DNA of 64,000 bases from Octopus sinensis (GCF_006345805.1 NC_043009.1:48794001-48858000); one strand, 5' to 3'. Shown: positions 1 to 13,393, numbered from the stretch's first letter. The notes: a model not told the origin generated them from the sequence alone. Program-made: numbers and translations.

Positions 1-357
1 CGGCCATACTGGAGTACCGCCTTTAGTCGAACAAATCGATCCCAGGACTCATTATTTGTAAGCCTAGTACTTATCGTATCGGTCTATTTTGCCGAACTGC
101 TACGTTACGGGGCCGTGAACACAGCGACATCGGCTGTCAAGCGATAGTGGGAGTAAAAATACAGACAAAAACATACACACACACACACATACACATGGAT
201 ATACGACGGGCTTCTTTCACTTTCCGTCTATCAAATCCACTCGCAAAGCTTTGATCGGCCCAAGGCTACAACAGAAGACACTTGCCCAAGGTGTCACGCC
301 GTGGAACTGAAACCGGAACTATGAGGCTGGTAAGCAACCTACTTACCACACAGCCAC
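1..357 (-). mobile_element. tRNA-derived SINE, family A (3' end cut by window edge)
   Basis: Reverse complement gives the tRNA-like head GTGGCTGTGTGGTAAGTAG...GTTCCGGTTTCAGTTCC, a core GGGCAAGTGTCTTC...GACGGAAAGTGAAAGAAGCCCGTC, an internal (TG/TA) tract and a 3' module; homologous to the copies at 15477, 30974 and 55425. Confidence 0.9.
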
Positions 358-1074
358 ATGTATAATATATATATATATATCAAGAGAGAGAGAGAGAGAG
401 AGTGACAGAGAGAGGGAGAGAGAGAGAGAGAAAGAGAGAGAGAGAAAGGCGCAGGTAATTAGAGATATACATATTTGAAATTCATTTTCCTGAGTAATCA
501 TTTTTTTCGTATGCTTCCTATACATTCCTATGCACAATCACAGGCATTCTCTCTCTTCCTCTCCCTTAAGCACATAATCATGCACACATACACACACCTG
601 CACACACACAAACACACACACGCACGCACGCTCGCACACACGCACGCACACAAACATACACTACACAGAAACGCGCTCACTCGTTATATATAAAGTTCAC
701 AATACAAATTTGGAATTATATAGATATATAATATGTAATACGTATACAAAAAAAAATGTGTATATTTGAGTCATCACCTGTGCGTGTGTCTATATGTGAG
801 TGTGTGAGCGTGTGTGCATGTGTGTGCGTGTGTTCGTATGCTTATACGGGAATTATACAAATGTGTGTGTGTGTCTGTGTGTGTGCGTGTCTGGCTGTTT
901 GTAACACAAGCTGCATGTGACAATTCACTGAGAAATATATACAAGCAACCTTTTTGAATAGTTTCACAAGTATACACAGATAGACCTGTGTATAGACCTG
1001 TAGTATTTTAGACAACCAAGGAAAAAGTGAATCGCAGTCATATGCGAAATGAAAAAAATGAAAGATATATATCC

Positions 1075-1345
<271 letters not shown>

Positions 1346-1822
1346 TATAAATTTACAATCAGATATATAACAGTACACACACACATATATATATTGTTGA
1401 AATTCACAGAAAAGCATATATACATACATGCACGTGATTGTACGGTTGAGTGTGAGTGTATGGAAAAGGGCGAGAGGAAAGTGGCAGATATATATATATA
1501 TATTATATATATATATATATATACCGATGTTTATCGACCTGTCGCTCTTATAAGTAGATTATTATATTTAAATGTGTGTGGGGTGGAGTCGGGGAAGGCT
1601 AACTGTATAATGAAGGGTAATCCACGCTTATATATATGTATATAATATATATATATATATATATATTATATAATATTATATTTATACATATATACACACA
1701 ACAACACAACATATTTTTATATACACACACATCTATATGTGTACGTATTGATATTATAGCAACCTATATATATATATATATATATTATCTATCTATCTAT
1801 CATTCTATATATGTATCTATCA

Positions 1823-1862
<40 letters not shown>

Positions 1863-2638
1863 ATATATATATAATATATGTATGTATACTGACAGTCAGA
1901 CAGTCAGACAATCCGACAGCCAGATTTTGAGCAAAACAAACAAGTTGATACATAGAACGAAGGAACGAACGCCAGGTAGGAAGAAGATACAAAATAATAG
2001 CAGAAAAGCAGAAAAGCCAGAGATAGGTAGATACATAGACAAACAAGCGTCTAATTGGTTGCTTTCAGCGTAAATTGCGCCATACATTCACATCTCTCTT
2101 TGACAACATCAACAGTAATAAACAACAATATGAATGATAATGGAAACGGTAACAACGACAATAGCAGCAGCAGCAGCAGTTGCAGCAGCAGCAGCAGCAA
2201 CGCAGCAGTTAGTGTTTTTTTCCCTCCCTCTCTGTCTCCTAAAAAACCTCTCCATCTCATTATTTTACTTATCATTCTGTACCAACGTTTGTTTTGCTTT
2301 GTTTTATTTTGTTTTGCTTTTTTTTTTTTTTGTTTGTCTTAACGTAGCTAACCTTTATTTTATTTATTTATTTATTTATTTATTTATTAATATTTTTCAT
2401 ATTCTTAGAGCTGTGCCATACTTAAGGTTTGTAAATTGGAAGATTGGCTACACATACAAGATTTTAAAAACACACACCACATACACAAACAGAGGTATGC
2501 GTTTAATCACACGCACTCCTTTTTTTATCGCACGCCCATCCGCGCACGCGCACGAACACATACGCACATATGCATCTACACGTCCACATACACAAAGAGA
2601 AATTTATCTATCTATCTACCTATCTGCTTCTGTATGTG

Positions 2639-2703
<65 letters not shown>

Positions 2704-2788
2704 TTCTATCTATCTATATATATAAGTAGATAGATAGACAGATAGATATACATATATATACATATATAGAGAGAGATTATACATACAA

Positions 2789-2843
<55 letters not shown>

Positions 2844-2909
2844 ATATATATTTGTTTTTGTAAATACATATTTTTGCATAAAGGTATGTACTTATGCATA
2901 TATATATAT

Positions 2910-2948
<39 letters not shown>

Positions 2949-3228
2949 TAAAAATGCATACATATATACAGCAGCTACTTATACGTATATACGTGAGTAA
3001 ACGTGTGTGCGCATGTGTATGCGCCCACGCGCACGCACACTTACTCAAGCACACTAATGTGTCTCATACATACCTGAATATCTGCGTGCATGTTTGTCAT
3101 CGTATATGTCTGTTTGAGTGTGTGTGAATATGTGTGTTTTTGCGCGCGTGCTGGAGAGATACAGCCAACCTGTTAAACCAAAGTAATCTAGTTAGTAACT
3201 CCCGTTGAGGGTACACCCCTTCCCACCA

Positions 3229-3268
<40 letters not shown>

Positions 3269-3594
3269 CCCTTCCTTTCCCCGTCGCTCTCTGTAACTCA
3301 ATAAACGCGTAGAAGAAGAGACCAGCAAACTCATCCAATCAGAGCTGTATGGTTGAAGTCAAATAAAAATGACTAATGAGCTTTCTACCCGAGGCTCTGG
3401 CTGCAGTTTGATTTAATATTCATCGGCTTCATTCATAGTATATTGAATAAGCATAAAAAAATAGAGGCTTTGTGAATGACTGCTGCTGGATTGATGGAGA
3501 CGTCGGCGGTGGAGGCCGGCCATAAATTTATGACAATAATAGCAGCCATTTTGATACTTGTTGTTTTGTTGTTTGTTTGTAGTAATAGTCGTGA

Positions 3595-3775
3595 ACGCAG
3601 GCTTAGCTAAGTGGTTCAGGATTTTTCCCTTCACAATCGTAAAGCATTAGGTTCGATCCGAGATCCTGGCAAATTGCTCGAGTGCTTTTATCAAAGCCTA
3701 GCGTCGGCTCTCAAGTCTTGTGAGTAGAAATAAGTAGATGATAATAGTGTGGAAGCCCGTCCGATGGGACTCTAC
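3595..3775 (+). mobile_element. Degenerate tRNA-derived SINE related to family A
   Basis: A-box-like GGCTTAGCTAAGTGGTT, B-box-like GGTTCGATCC, then TTGTGAGTAG...GGAAGCCCGTC resembling the family A core. Confidence 0.6.
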
Positions 3776-3954
3776 TTGTGACTCAGAGATCCAGTCTCGT
3801 CGGATATTGAGTTAGGCTGGTTCGTCTGGAGAACTGCGTACAAGGTGTACATGTCTGGAATATCCAACCATTTTGTCGCTAATTTAACGAATCAGAATCT
3901 CAAATGAGCTAACACTTGATTGCTCTTCATCAAAACCTATCGAGAATCCATGAA

Positions 3955-3956
3955 AT

Positions 3957-4014
<58 letters not shown>

Positions 4015-4104
4015 CAGCAGCAGCAACCAACAACAACAGCAGTTGTATTTGTATTAATAGTAGAGACAGCAACAGCAATATTACTATTGATATTACTATT
4101 ATTA

Positions 4105-4135
<31 letters not shown>

Positions 4136-4137
4136 GC

Positions 4138-4190
<53 letters not shown>

Positions 4191-4197
4191 TTATTAT
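3955..4197. repeat. Trinucleotide compound microsatellite (TAG)n/(CAG,CAA)n/(ATT)n
   Basis: Directly visible; the (ATT)n part is the (AAT)n tail of the adjacent minus-strand element. Confidence 0.95.
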
Positions 4198-4744
4198 TGA
4201 GTGAGAGAGCAGTTCATGCCATCAAAGTGACACTGGGGTAAAATATACGAAGCCCAATATACCCATCATGACTAGCCGTCTGATAAGGGTACACCAGGCA
4301 CATGCATCACAACCATATGTGCGCGACATGGTGATCTCATATCAAGATAAACAGCACATGACCTTGCAGGTGGGGCCCAGTTAGAAATTTCTTCAGGTTG
4401 AGTAGCCCATCCCGCTCAAAAGGTCCCTGAATAAGGGTTGTTTAAGGATGTTGAAAGAACCACCCATGTTTCCACAGGTGAATTATTCAAACCCCAAAGA
4501 ACCCCTCTCAACACATGGCTATGATGCTCCCCCACTACTTCTGATCGTGATCAGAGATGCACATACCGTCAGCCACTAAGGAACATGCTCAACTGGTTAA
4601 GGTCAAACAACTGACAAGCAAATCTGTGGTATTGAGCAGAATATTTGCTGTAGCCCATCTTTTATACCAAGACAAAACAATGTACATGATAACACTTCCA
4701 ATCAGTTAAGATCAGAAGCCATGAGAGCCACTGCCTAGTACTGC
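4198..4744 (-). mobile_element. ~550-bp non-autonomous (AAT)n-tailed retroelement, full copy
   Basis: Homologous to 4944-5470 and, in reverse, 40958-41400. Every copy that retains this end abuts (AAT)n on the same side. No ORF. Confidence 0.8.
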
Positions 4745-4847
4745 AGTGAGAGAGCAGTGCATGTCATCACATTGACACTCGGGTAAAATATACGAAGCCC
4801 AGTATACTCATCATGACTACCCGTCTGATAAGGGTACACCAGGCACA
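4745..4847 (-). mobile_element. 3'-terminal ~100 bp of the same element, fused head-to-tail to the full copy
   Basis: GTGAGAGAGCAGTGCATG...GGGTACACCAGGCACAT repeats 4201-4303. Confidence 0.85.
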
Positions 4848-4892
4848 TTATTATTATTATTATTATCATTATTATTATTATTATTATTATTA

Positions 4893-4934
<42 letters not shown>

Positions 4935-4943
4935 CATTATTGA

Positions 4944-5470
4944 GTTAGAGAGCAGTGGATGCCGTCTAAGTGACACTGGGGTACAAATATTCGAAACCTA
5001 ATCATGACTCTCTGTCTGATCTGAGTATACCATGTATATGCATCGCACTCATATGTGCGCCACATGGTGATCTATATCAAGATAAACAGCGCATGACCTT
5101 GCACGTGGAGCTCAATTAGAATTATCTTTAGGTTGATTAGCCCATCCTACTCAAAATAAACTTTATTTGAAGATGATGGAAGAAATACCTTTGTTTCCAG
5201 AGATGAATTATTCAAACTCCAACGAATCCCTATCAACACATGGCTCTGATGCTGTCCCACTAATTCTGTTCGTGATTAGAGATGCACATATCATCAACTA
5301 CTAAGATACATGCTCAAATGATGATGGTCAAACGACAAGCAAATCTGTGGTATTGAGTAGAATATGTGTTGCTCATCACTTTTTTATATATCAAGACGAA
5401 ACATGTACGTAATTCAAATGAACTGAGATCAAAAAGCCATGGGAGCCACTCTCTGGTACTGTTGTTCAGG
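4944..5470 (-). mobile_element. Older copy of the ~550-bp (AAT)n-tailed element
   Basis: Colinear but diverged similarity to 4198-4744 (GAGAGCAGT, ATCAAGATAAACAGC, CAAGCAAATCTGTGGTATTGAG, GCCATGGGAGCCACT); (ATT)n at 4848-4943. Confidence 0.8.
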
Positions 5471-5688
5471 CACCCATGGCTTTCGTTGGTTTTTCCACGA
5501 GGACCTTAAAGCGCCTCCCCTATTCGGAGTTTTAATTTGGTCAATTTCTACTGTCATAATATTGTGCACACGCACAAAAACACATTGTATCGTTCTGTTT
5601 TTGTCGTGAATGTTTTTGTATGTCAATCAATGTTTTGTACGTGAGCTCTTGTGGCCAATAAAAGGATAAATTATTATTATTATTATTA

Positions 5689-5721
<33 letters not shown>

Positions 5722-5773
5722 CATTATAAGTAGTAGTATAGTAGTAGTAGTAGTAGTGGTGGTGGTGGTGGTG

Positions 5774-5813
<40 letters not shown>

Positions 5814-6166
5814 AACTAATATCACTACCGGTGATATTATCGTGCGTTTTAGTCATGCTTGTCATTGTTTTGTTTTTTTGTAGACGCTGAGGAGTGTTTC
5901 TGGGCAGTTTTGATGTTGCTATTGTTGTTGTGTAGCTTTACACCATACTTGATCATTAGTGACGCACGCTGGTAGTCGGCTGAATTATGAAGCGCGAATC
6001 ACAGAGCCAGTTTCCAGGGTATACTTTGTCCAAGTTATACTTTATGTATGGGCAATATCCTTCTTCTTCATGAAACGGTTGCAATCGAGAAACACCTCAC
6101 AATAGGCAGAAGAAACTTTCACTAATAAATAAAGTAATATTTTAAAGCCTTAAAGAGAAAAAGAGT

Positions 6167-6203
6167 GTCTTAACGTTTCGGATATTAGTCTTTCATTAGA
6201 AAC
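6167..6203 (-). ncRNA. Degenerate minimal type I hammerhead motif in a PLE-like pseudo-LTR remnant
   Basis: Minus strand reads GTTT-CTAATGA-A-AGAC-TAAT-ATCC-GAA-ACGTT-A-AGAC. The core has G5A and stem II is broken, so it is probably inactive. Confidence 0.5.
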
Positions 6204-6349
6204 ATAAAGCAAATAGAAGAAAAGCCTGGGAAGGTGAGAAAAAAAAGTAAGAAGAGTATGAAAGAAAAAGCGGGAGGGACAGGTGGAGGGTAAAGTGTTA
6301 GGAACCAGGAAGAATGTTGTTCTATGGAGGAAGTTAAAAAGGAAGAAAG

Positions 6350-6640
6350 AAATGGTTGTGTAGATGCAATGCAATGCCATGAATCTCAACCCCATATTAG
6401 CTTTGGTAGGTCCTCGATTTTACAGCGTGCATTTGTGGCAATGGCATCAATGCAACTGCGGGGTCTTCCTCTTCTATTAGGGTGTAGAAATCACCAAATT
6501 ATAACATCTGATATGGATTGATTTTCAGTACGTTAGTAGTGGCTAACAAAAATCTACCTTGGGTTAAGCATTAAATGCTGATTCAATATCTGTACCTGTG
6601 CAGACCTGGCGATAGCCACAACCGAAGTCGGCAGGGATTA
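6350..6640 (-). mobile_element. Decayed RTE-clade LINE 3' end
   Basis: Minus translation R*IFVSHY*RTENQSISDVIIW*FLHPNRRGRPRSCIDAIATNARCKIEDLPKLIWG*DSW matches the RTE C-terminal pattern RLRFAGH..R....SD...W.P.HG.RRGRP....D.L. Confidence 0.65.
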
Positions 6641-7467
6641 CTCGGTTAGAGCGTGACAATCGTTTTTCCTCTGCAGTTGTTGTTGCTAGATTACATCCTA
6701 TTCCAGTGTTTGGAACCAGGTAGATTATTGATGAACTAGTTATTTGTGTGTGTGATCACTATTTCATATATATTTACTGGGAGGAGAGGCAGAGACAGTA
6801 TGCATTTAATTACGTTGTATTTTCACTCTCGTTTACTATATAAGCCTGGGTGCCAATTCTATGGACTCTGGGTGGTGGTGGTGATGGTGGTGGGGACGAA
6901 GTATACAGAAACAACGAAGTATATCCCTTGTATATCTAAGAATTATTCTATTTATTTATTTCGCTGTGGCTTGTTACTGTAGTCAATATACATGTAACGA
7001 TGTATAATGCATTGTTGAACGTACTTTGTGTTGCTTCTGAGAGATTTAACATCCAGTAAGGATTAGCATTGTCCATAATAGATCTAGTGCATTGTTTGTA
7101 AAAAATTATTTATTTCTGTTCTTAAAATACGACACATTACTTTAAGAGCGTTTGAACATCATTCTGCTTTATTTACGATATCTTCTATTTGTATCGTAAA
7201 TCTTCCGGATTCATTTTATGTATTTACCTATATATCTATGTACCTCCAAGTATTATGTTTTGTAAGATGTATATGGTAAATTTATGATTTTCAATATCGT
7301 TGGTTATATCTGATGTGATTTGCTGTTATTAGTAATGAAATAGTGAAGTGAATAGCTGCTACTTTAAGCCTTTTGCTGTGGAAACAGGATTCAATAGGAA
7401 CAATGTACGGACCCATTTCGTTTTATGGGTTTTGCTATTGCTGATACTGTTGTTGTTGTTGTTGTTA

Positions 7468-7666
7468 AGCAACAAGGCGGATAAGGGTGATTAGGTGATG
7501 GTCTGGGGCTTGGAGGCGGGAGGCCCCCAGACCTTGGAAAAAAAAAACTTTGGTCGTCTTCTTGTAGTCGAGGGCTGTTCGTTGACGCCCGACACCACTA
7601 GGAGGTGGCCCCCGAAGTCGCTGGAAATGGAATTCTCCAGGTCCAAATTCTTGGACGGCTATTGCT
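7468..7666. mobile_element. GC-rich MITE-like island with imperfect terminal inverted repeats
   Basis: Ends AGCAACAAGGCGGA and GGACGGCTATTGCT; internal hairpin GGTCTGGGG...CCCCAGACC; sharply higher GC than its flanks. Confidence 0.35.
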
Positions 7667-8234
7667 GATGCTGCTTTGGTTGCTATTTAGCCCTGTGTCA
7701 GTTAAGATGTACAGTATGATCACATATTTACTTCGCTTATTGATAATATACTTTGTCAATCAATGAGTACCGTCACTGTATGCGTCACACTGTATGGGTG
7801 AGCTCGTCAGTGAGCGCTCTGTCAACCTTAAAAGTAACCTGAAATGAACAATACACTTTATAAAGTGCTTAGACACGAGGGTACCACGCTGGGAAATTTG
7901 GAGGGTTCTACCAGGCACAGAGGTTTAAAATTCTCCTATCTATGGATTGTGTTGGGTTGCATATCTTTTCGATATAGCAAACAGAAAATCTCATCTAGCA
8001 GACACACTCAAACACAAATAAAAAATACGCACGCGTACACATGCGTACACAAATACATATAGAGAATCATCTGCCATCAAATGAAAAATAATAATCGTCT
8101 ACGCTATTTTTCCACAACAATAATAGTGACTGAGTAAACATTATGAAACTTACAGTAAGTAAACATATAAAACTTTCTCAAACTTTTTAAAGAAATGGCT
8201 GTCTTTGTTTCTCGAATCTTGACATCGCTCAGCT

Positions 8235-8248
8235 CATATATCTATATC

Positions 8249-8327
<79 letters not shown>

Positions 8328-8662
8328 GCACACACATACGTAAAGTTTAAACATATCCACTTACATTTAATATATATATATATATATATATGTATGTATT
8401 TGTGTATGTATAAGCACTCCAAAAGAAATAAATTCAGTCATGAAGTTGTATATTATTTTTTTCTTATGTATTTATGTATTTCTGTTCGTATTTTTTTTTT
8501 CATTTGCATATCTTAAAAATATTATGCCGTTATCCTCTCCACATATACATTAGTCTGTAATTTAGTATGTGGTATGAGAGATATTAGTCATGCACCTTCC
8601 AGTACGAGACTTCTCTAATATCTAAAGTATGAAATACATACATACATACTTATATATATGTA

Positions 8663-8742
<80 letters not shown>

Positions 8743-8784
8743 TATATTATATATATACATATATACATATATACATATATACAT

Positions 8785-8873
<89 letters not shown>

Positions 8874-8900
8874 TATAAATGTATGTGTGTGTATAAATGT
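8235..8900. repeat. Long (TA)n microsatellites (8235-8326 and about 8655-8880)
   Basis: Directly visible. Confidence 0.95.
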
Positions 8901-9367
8901 ATATACGTATATATACATATGCACATAGATACATAGATACTTATATACATACATATATACATACATACATACATGCGTACACATACAATTCCTAATCATT
9001 CTTAATGTATAAATTCAGAGAAAGTTTTTTTTCTTTTTCTTACATTGTAGCTACTGTTGCTGCTGCTGCTGGTGCTGCTGCTGCTACTACTACTGCGGCT
9101 GCTACTTTTGGTTCTGTTTTTGTGATTTTGTTGTTTAATAGTTTTCTAATTCTTGTTTATGGTATTTTTCCCCCCTCCGTATTACAAGCTGAAGTTCTTG
9201 TCTGTAGCCCGAAGAAGATTAAATGAATGAAGAAATAAACGAACAAATAAATAAATAAATAATAAATAAAGACAGAAGGAAAGAAATATCCAGTAAAGGA
9301 AGGAGGTAGGTGGGGGGGAATAATTTTTACCTGTACTCTGCGTTATTGAAATCGTTTGAAAAAGTCG

Positions 9368-9369
<2 letters not shown>

Positions 9370-9401
<32 letters not shown>

Positions 9402-9444
9402 GTTGTTGTTGTTGTTGCTATTATTATTATTATTATTATTATTC

Positions 9445-9496
<52 letters not shown>

Positions 9497-9623
9497 CAGC
9501 ATCATTATTGATAACAACTACAACAGCCACAAGATGGTTTTGAAAATATTATTATTATTATTATTATTGTTGTTGTTGTTGTTGTTGTTGCTGTTGTTGT
9601 TGTTGTTGTTCTTCTTCTTCTTC

Positions 9624-9666
<43 letters not shown>

Positions 9667-9775
9667 CATTATTATTATTATTATCAATTATGATGATGAC
9701 GACGACGACTATGATAGTGATGACGACGAAGATGATGACGATGATGAAGATGATGATGATGATGAACAATAACAA
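9370..9775. repeat. Trinucleotide compound microsatellite (ATT/GTT/CTT/GAT)n
   Basis: Directly visible; source of the poly-I/L/N ORFs. Confidence 0.95.
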
Positions 9776-10489
9776 TGAGAAGAGCCATAATATCAGAGCA
9801 ACACGATTTTTACCCACTAATACTGAAAATGCAAAAAGTGAAAAAATAAAATAAAATAAAATAAAATAATATAAAGAAATGAAACTAGAGAAAAATTCTT
9901 GAACCTAAAGCAGAAATTTATATCCAGACAGTATATTCTGAAGATACAAAATGAAAGTGGTACTGTTATACATGCACAATATACTTAGTAGTGAAACTTT
10001 AGTAAACACTATTTCGTGTTGCAGAGAGAATAAAAAATAACAAGTCTTATATTCTTGCTTCCTGTACCTATCACGTTTATACTAATAACTTTACGCTATT
10101 AATAATGATGTTTGTATCGTAGAAAACGCATTTCTTTTCTATTTTTCTCGTTTCTAAAGTTATGGATTTACCAGGCACAACTTATAACACTAAATGTGAT
10201 CTCAAAACATGCTTGAAACAGCTGCAAAATCTTCGCGGCTAGAATATGGAACGGCACATTTGATTGTGTAGTGTTAGATGAACTATACCACAAAATAAGA
10301 ATATATCGAAGGCTAGCTATATTGTGCGAACAGTAGATTCGTTGGTTACGATTTTAGTCATCCAATTTGTATCTCTGCCGAAGTGAATGACAAATATGTG
10401 TATATAAAATTAATTGTTAGGGATCTGTTATTCAAATGATTTTCATTCGGGGGGTTTTACTGAAGTTTAAATCGTGTTTTCCTATACAG

Positions 10490-11555
10490 CAGCAATATAT
10501 AGAAACAAGAGAGAAAAGGTGTTGGGAAGAAAGGCAATTAAATGGCAAATTCAAGCAACAAATCAAGAACTTTAGAAGAACGACAGCAATGGCTGAGGGG
10601 CGGAAACCTGAAACGAGAAATTGAAGCACTAATTATAGCCGCTCAGGAAGAAGCCATTAGGACGAATCTGATAAAGGCAAAGATCGAGAAAACTCAGTGA
10701 GATAACAAATGTTGAATCTGCAAGAAATGAGCCGGAAGTATTAATCGTCTCTTGAGAGAATGCAATCACCTTGAACAAAATGAGTATGAACGCAGGCATG
10801 GCTGTTGAGGTAAAAGAGTGCATTGTGATGTTAGTGGAAGGTGCTGCTTCAGAAAACAGACGACGAAAATATTAATCAACACTTGAGTTTATGCAATCTA
10901 CCTAGCACAAAATGAGTATAAGCTCAGGTATGACTCTCCAGACAAAAGAGTGCATTGGAATGCTAATCGAATGTATGGCTTCAGAAAACAGAAAGTGCAA
11001 ATATAAATCAATTCTTGAGTGAATGGAAACACTCACCACAAAATGAGTATGAGTGCAGGCGGGATTGTATAGGTAAAAGTGTGCATTGGGATGCTTGTTA
11101 AGGGTGTGGCTGTGAAATCTCAAGATAATAGTATGAACACGAACCAGAGACTGTAAAAGAGAATAAGAATTGCAGGTTCTTTAGGGGCTTCTCCATGAAG
11201 ACTGACCGTACTATTGAAGCAAGAAGACAAGATGTGAATATAGAAGACAAAATGTAAAGATCATAGAATTTGCAATATCATATGATAACAGAGTCGATGT
11301 CAAAGAAATTGAATAAATTGATAACTATGAGTGTGAATGAGATGGTGGAAGACTAAGACAATTATTCCTGTTACAATTGGTGCACTTGACGCAGCACCCA
11401 AAATGCTACCTAAGAGACTGAAAGAGATTGGAATTGACACTCGGATTTTAGACCCACAGAAAAAGTACTAGCTTCTATTCGACAAGAATCATTAGAAAGA
11501 TTCTTGCGATTCGAGGAGACTTATTGTCACCAAACCGCAAGGTAACATTCCTGCT
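10490..11555 (+). mobile_element. Decayed R4/Dong-like LINE 3' region (CCHC knuckle and RLE endonuclease), with internal triplication
   Basis: Translation QWLRGGNLKREIEALIIAAQEEAIRTNLIKAKIEKTQ*DNKC*ICKK*AGSINRLLRECNHLEQNEYERRHG, then YEHEPETVKEN...KTDRTIEARRQD...IIEFAISYD...IIPVTIGAL...RIIRKIL; several stops and frameshifts. Confidence 0.85.
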
Positions 11556-11559
11556 AAGG

Positions 11560-12665
11560 GAGTCAAGAAAGCTCCTAACGATGTAGCATGGAGCCTACGA
11601 TCCACGTACAGACATTAATTACTTATAGATGAAGAGAGTAAATGGAGGAAGACGACTGATAAGTGTGGAAGACTGCATGCATATCGAACTCGAAAGCTTA
11701 ATGAGATTCCTAGCCCAAAATAAGGAAACCTTGCTAGTGACAATTCGGAACGAGGGAGTATTGAAAGCAGAGAAAAAAACAAGGAAGGAAGTACAAAAAG
11801 GACATGAAAAAGAATTATGCAAGAAGGGACTACACAATCAATTCCATATAACCACATCAGAAGTTACTGGAAAAAATAGGTGGGATTGGCTGAGGAAAGG
11901 AACACTAAAAAAAGACGTAGAACACTGTACTGGCAGCGCAAGACCAAGTTTTGACCACGAACTGGAGGGCCAACCTTAGGAATGGGCAAGTGTTTCCACT
12001 GTGCCACATCTTCAATAGAGTGGATGAAACCATTGCCCATACCATGAACGAATGCCCTAGACTTGCCCAAAACCACTACAAGTTGCGGCGACACGATCAG
12101 GTAGTGAAAGTGCTAGGTAGGAAACTGTGCGAAAAGTGGGGTGATAGAGAGAGGCAAGACCTGGTATGAGCACAAAGCACACAGAGTAGCAGAGTCGGAG
12201 ACTAGCAAAATCCTTTGAGATCTCCCAATCTACACAGATCAGGTGCTAGAGCATAACAGACCGGACCTAGTGGTGGTGGACAAGGTGCACCACACGTGCT
12301 ATATAGTTGATGTTGCATGCCCCTCTGACCCACGAATAGTCAAGAAGGAAGGTGAATAGATAGATAAATATAACTCTCTTAAGTACGAAATAGCCCGGCT
12401 ATGGAAAAAGAAGGTGAAGATAGAGCCAATTGTTGCTGGGTCCTTGGGAACAGTATCAGAAGGCCTCAAGAGGAATATAAAGGAAATTGGAATAGAGTGC
12501 CCAGTAGACCTGCGACAAAAGTTTTGCCTCCTTGCCACGGTCAGAATAATCAGGAAAGTATTAGATGGCGGAAAAAACGGATAGCGTGATTCGGTCGGCT
12601 GCAGATAGCAAGCGCGCTAAGCATGCAAGACTCCAGGAGCCCCAACAAAATCTGTGATAAAGAGA

Positions 12666-12718
<53 letters not shown>

Positions 12719-12735
12719 CAACAACAACAACAATA
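11560..12735 (+). mobile_element. Decayed R4/Dong-like LINE: RT C-terminus, CCHC knuckle, PD-(D/E)xK RLE domain, 3' UTR and (TAA)n tail
   Basis: DPRTDINYL*MKRVNGGRRLISVED...WDWLRKGTLKK...AAQDQVL...CHIFNRVDETIAHTMNECPRLAQNHYKLRRHDQV...HNRPDLVVVDK...IVDVACPSD...KYNSLKYEIARLW...EPIVAGSLG...ATVRIIRKVL; (TAA)n from about 12667. Confidence 0.92.
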
Positions 12736-13021
12736 ATAATATTGATATTATTTCATAAATAACATTGTTTCATAAATACAATGAAATAGTTGATTGATGG
12801 TACATCAATAACAATTATAATTATGGTGATAAAACAAATACTGCAGCATGGGCGTGTAACAGCGGGCTGCTGGGAAGATAGATCAAATTCGAAACCACAA
12901 CGAAGCAGAAATTAAGAATCTGCAAAAACAATGAAAGAAAACTATGTCTAAATGTAAACCAACTGAGGAAACTCAAATATTTTGCTTATTTGGATTTTGC
13001 TTATACGTATATATATATATA

Positions 13022-13329
13022 TATCACGTGATCACGTGACCGACCAGACCATCAGATGTTGTTACACATCGCTGGTCACAATGCGTTCGCATTGTTTTAG
13101 CCTTCCAATGACGCCACCCTGCTGGCTAAGCGAGCAGGCCAACAGAAGAAAGAGTGGGAGAAAGAGTGGTGAAAGAGTACAGCAGGGATCACCACCCCCT
13201 GCCGGAGCCTCGTGGAGCTTCTAGGTGTTTTCCCTCAATAAACGCTCACAACGCCCGGTCTGGGAATCCAATCCACGATCCTGCGACCGCGAGTCCGCTG
13301 CCCTAACCACTAGGCCATTGCGCCTCCAC
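13022..13329 (-). mobile_element. tRNA(Arg)-like-headed SINE (OR-type), near full length
   Basis: Minus strand GGAGGCGCAATGGCCTAGTGGTTAGGGCAGCGGACTCGCGGTCGCAGGATCGTGGATTGGATTCCC has an A box, a TCG in the anticodon-like position and a decayed B box; it ends GTCACGTGATCACGTGAT. Related pieces lie at 26218 and 53785. Confidence 0.8.
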
Positions 13330-13357
13330 ATACAGATATATATATATATATATATAC

Positions 13358-13391
<34 letters not shown>

Positions 13392-13393
13392 AA

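Noticed and set aside
13260-13329. Possible tRNA-Arg gene, and similar tRNA-like heads elsewhere
   Set aside because: Cloverleaf is incomplete and continues into a SINE body; these are SINE heads.
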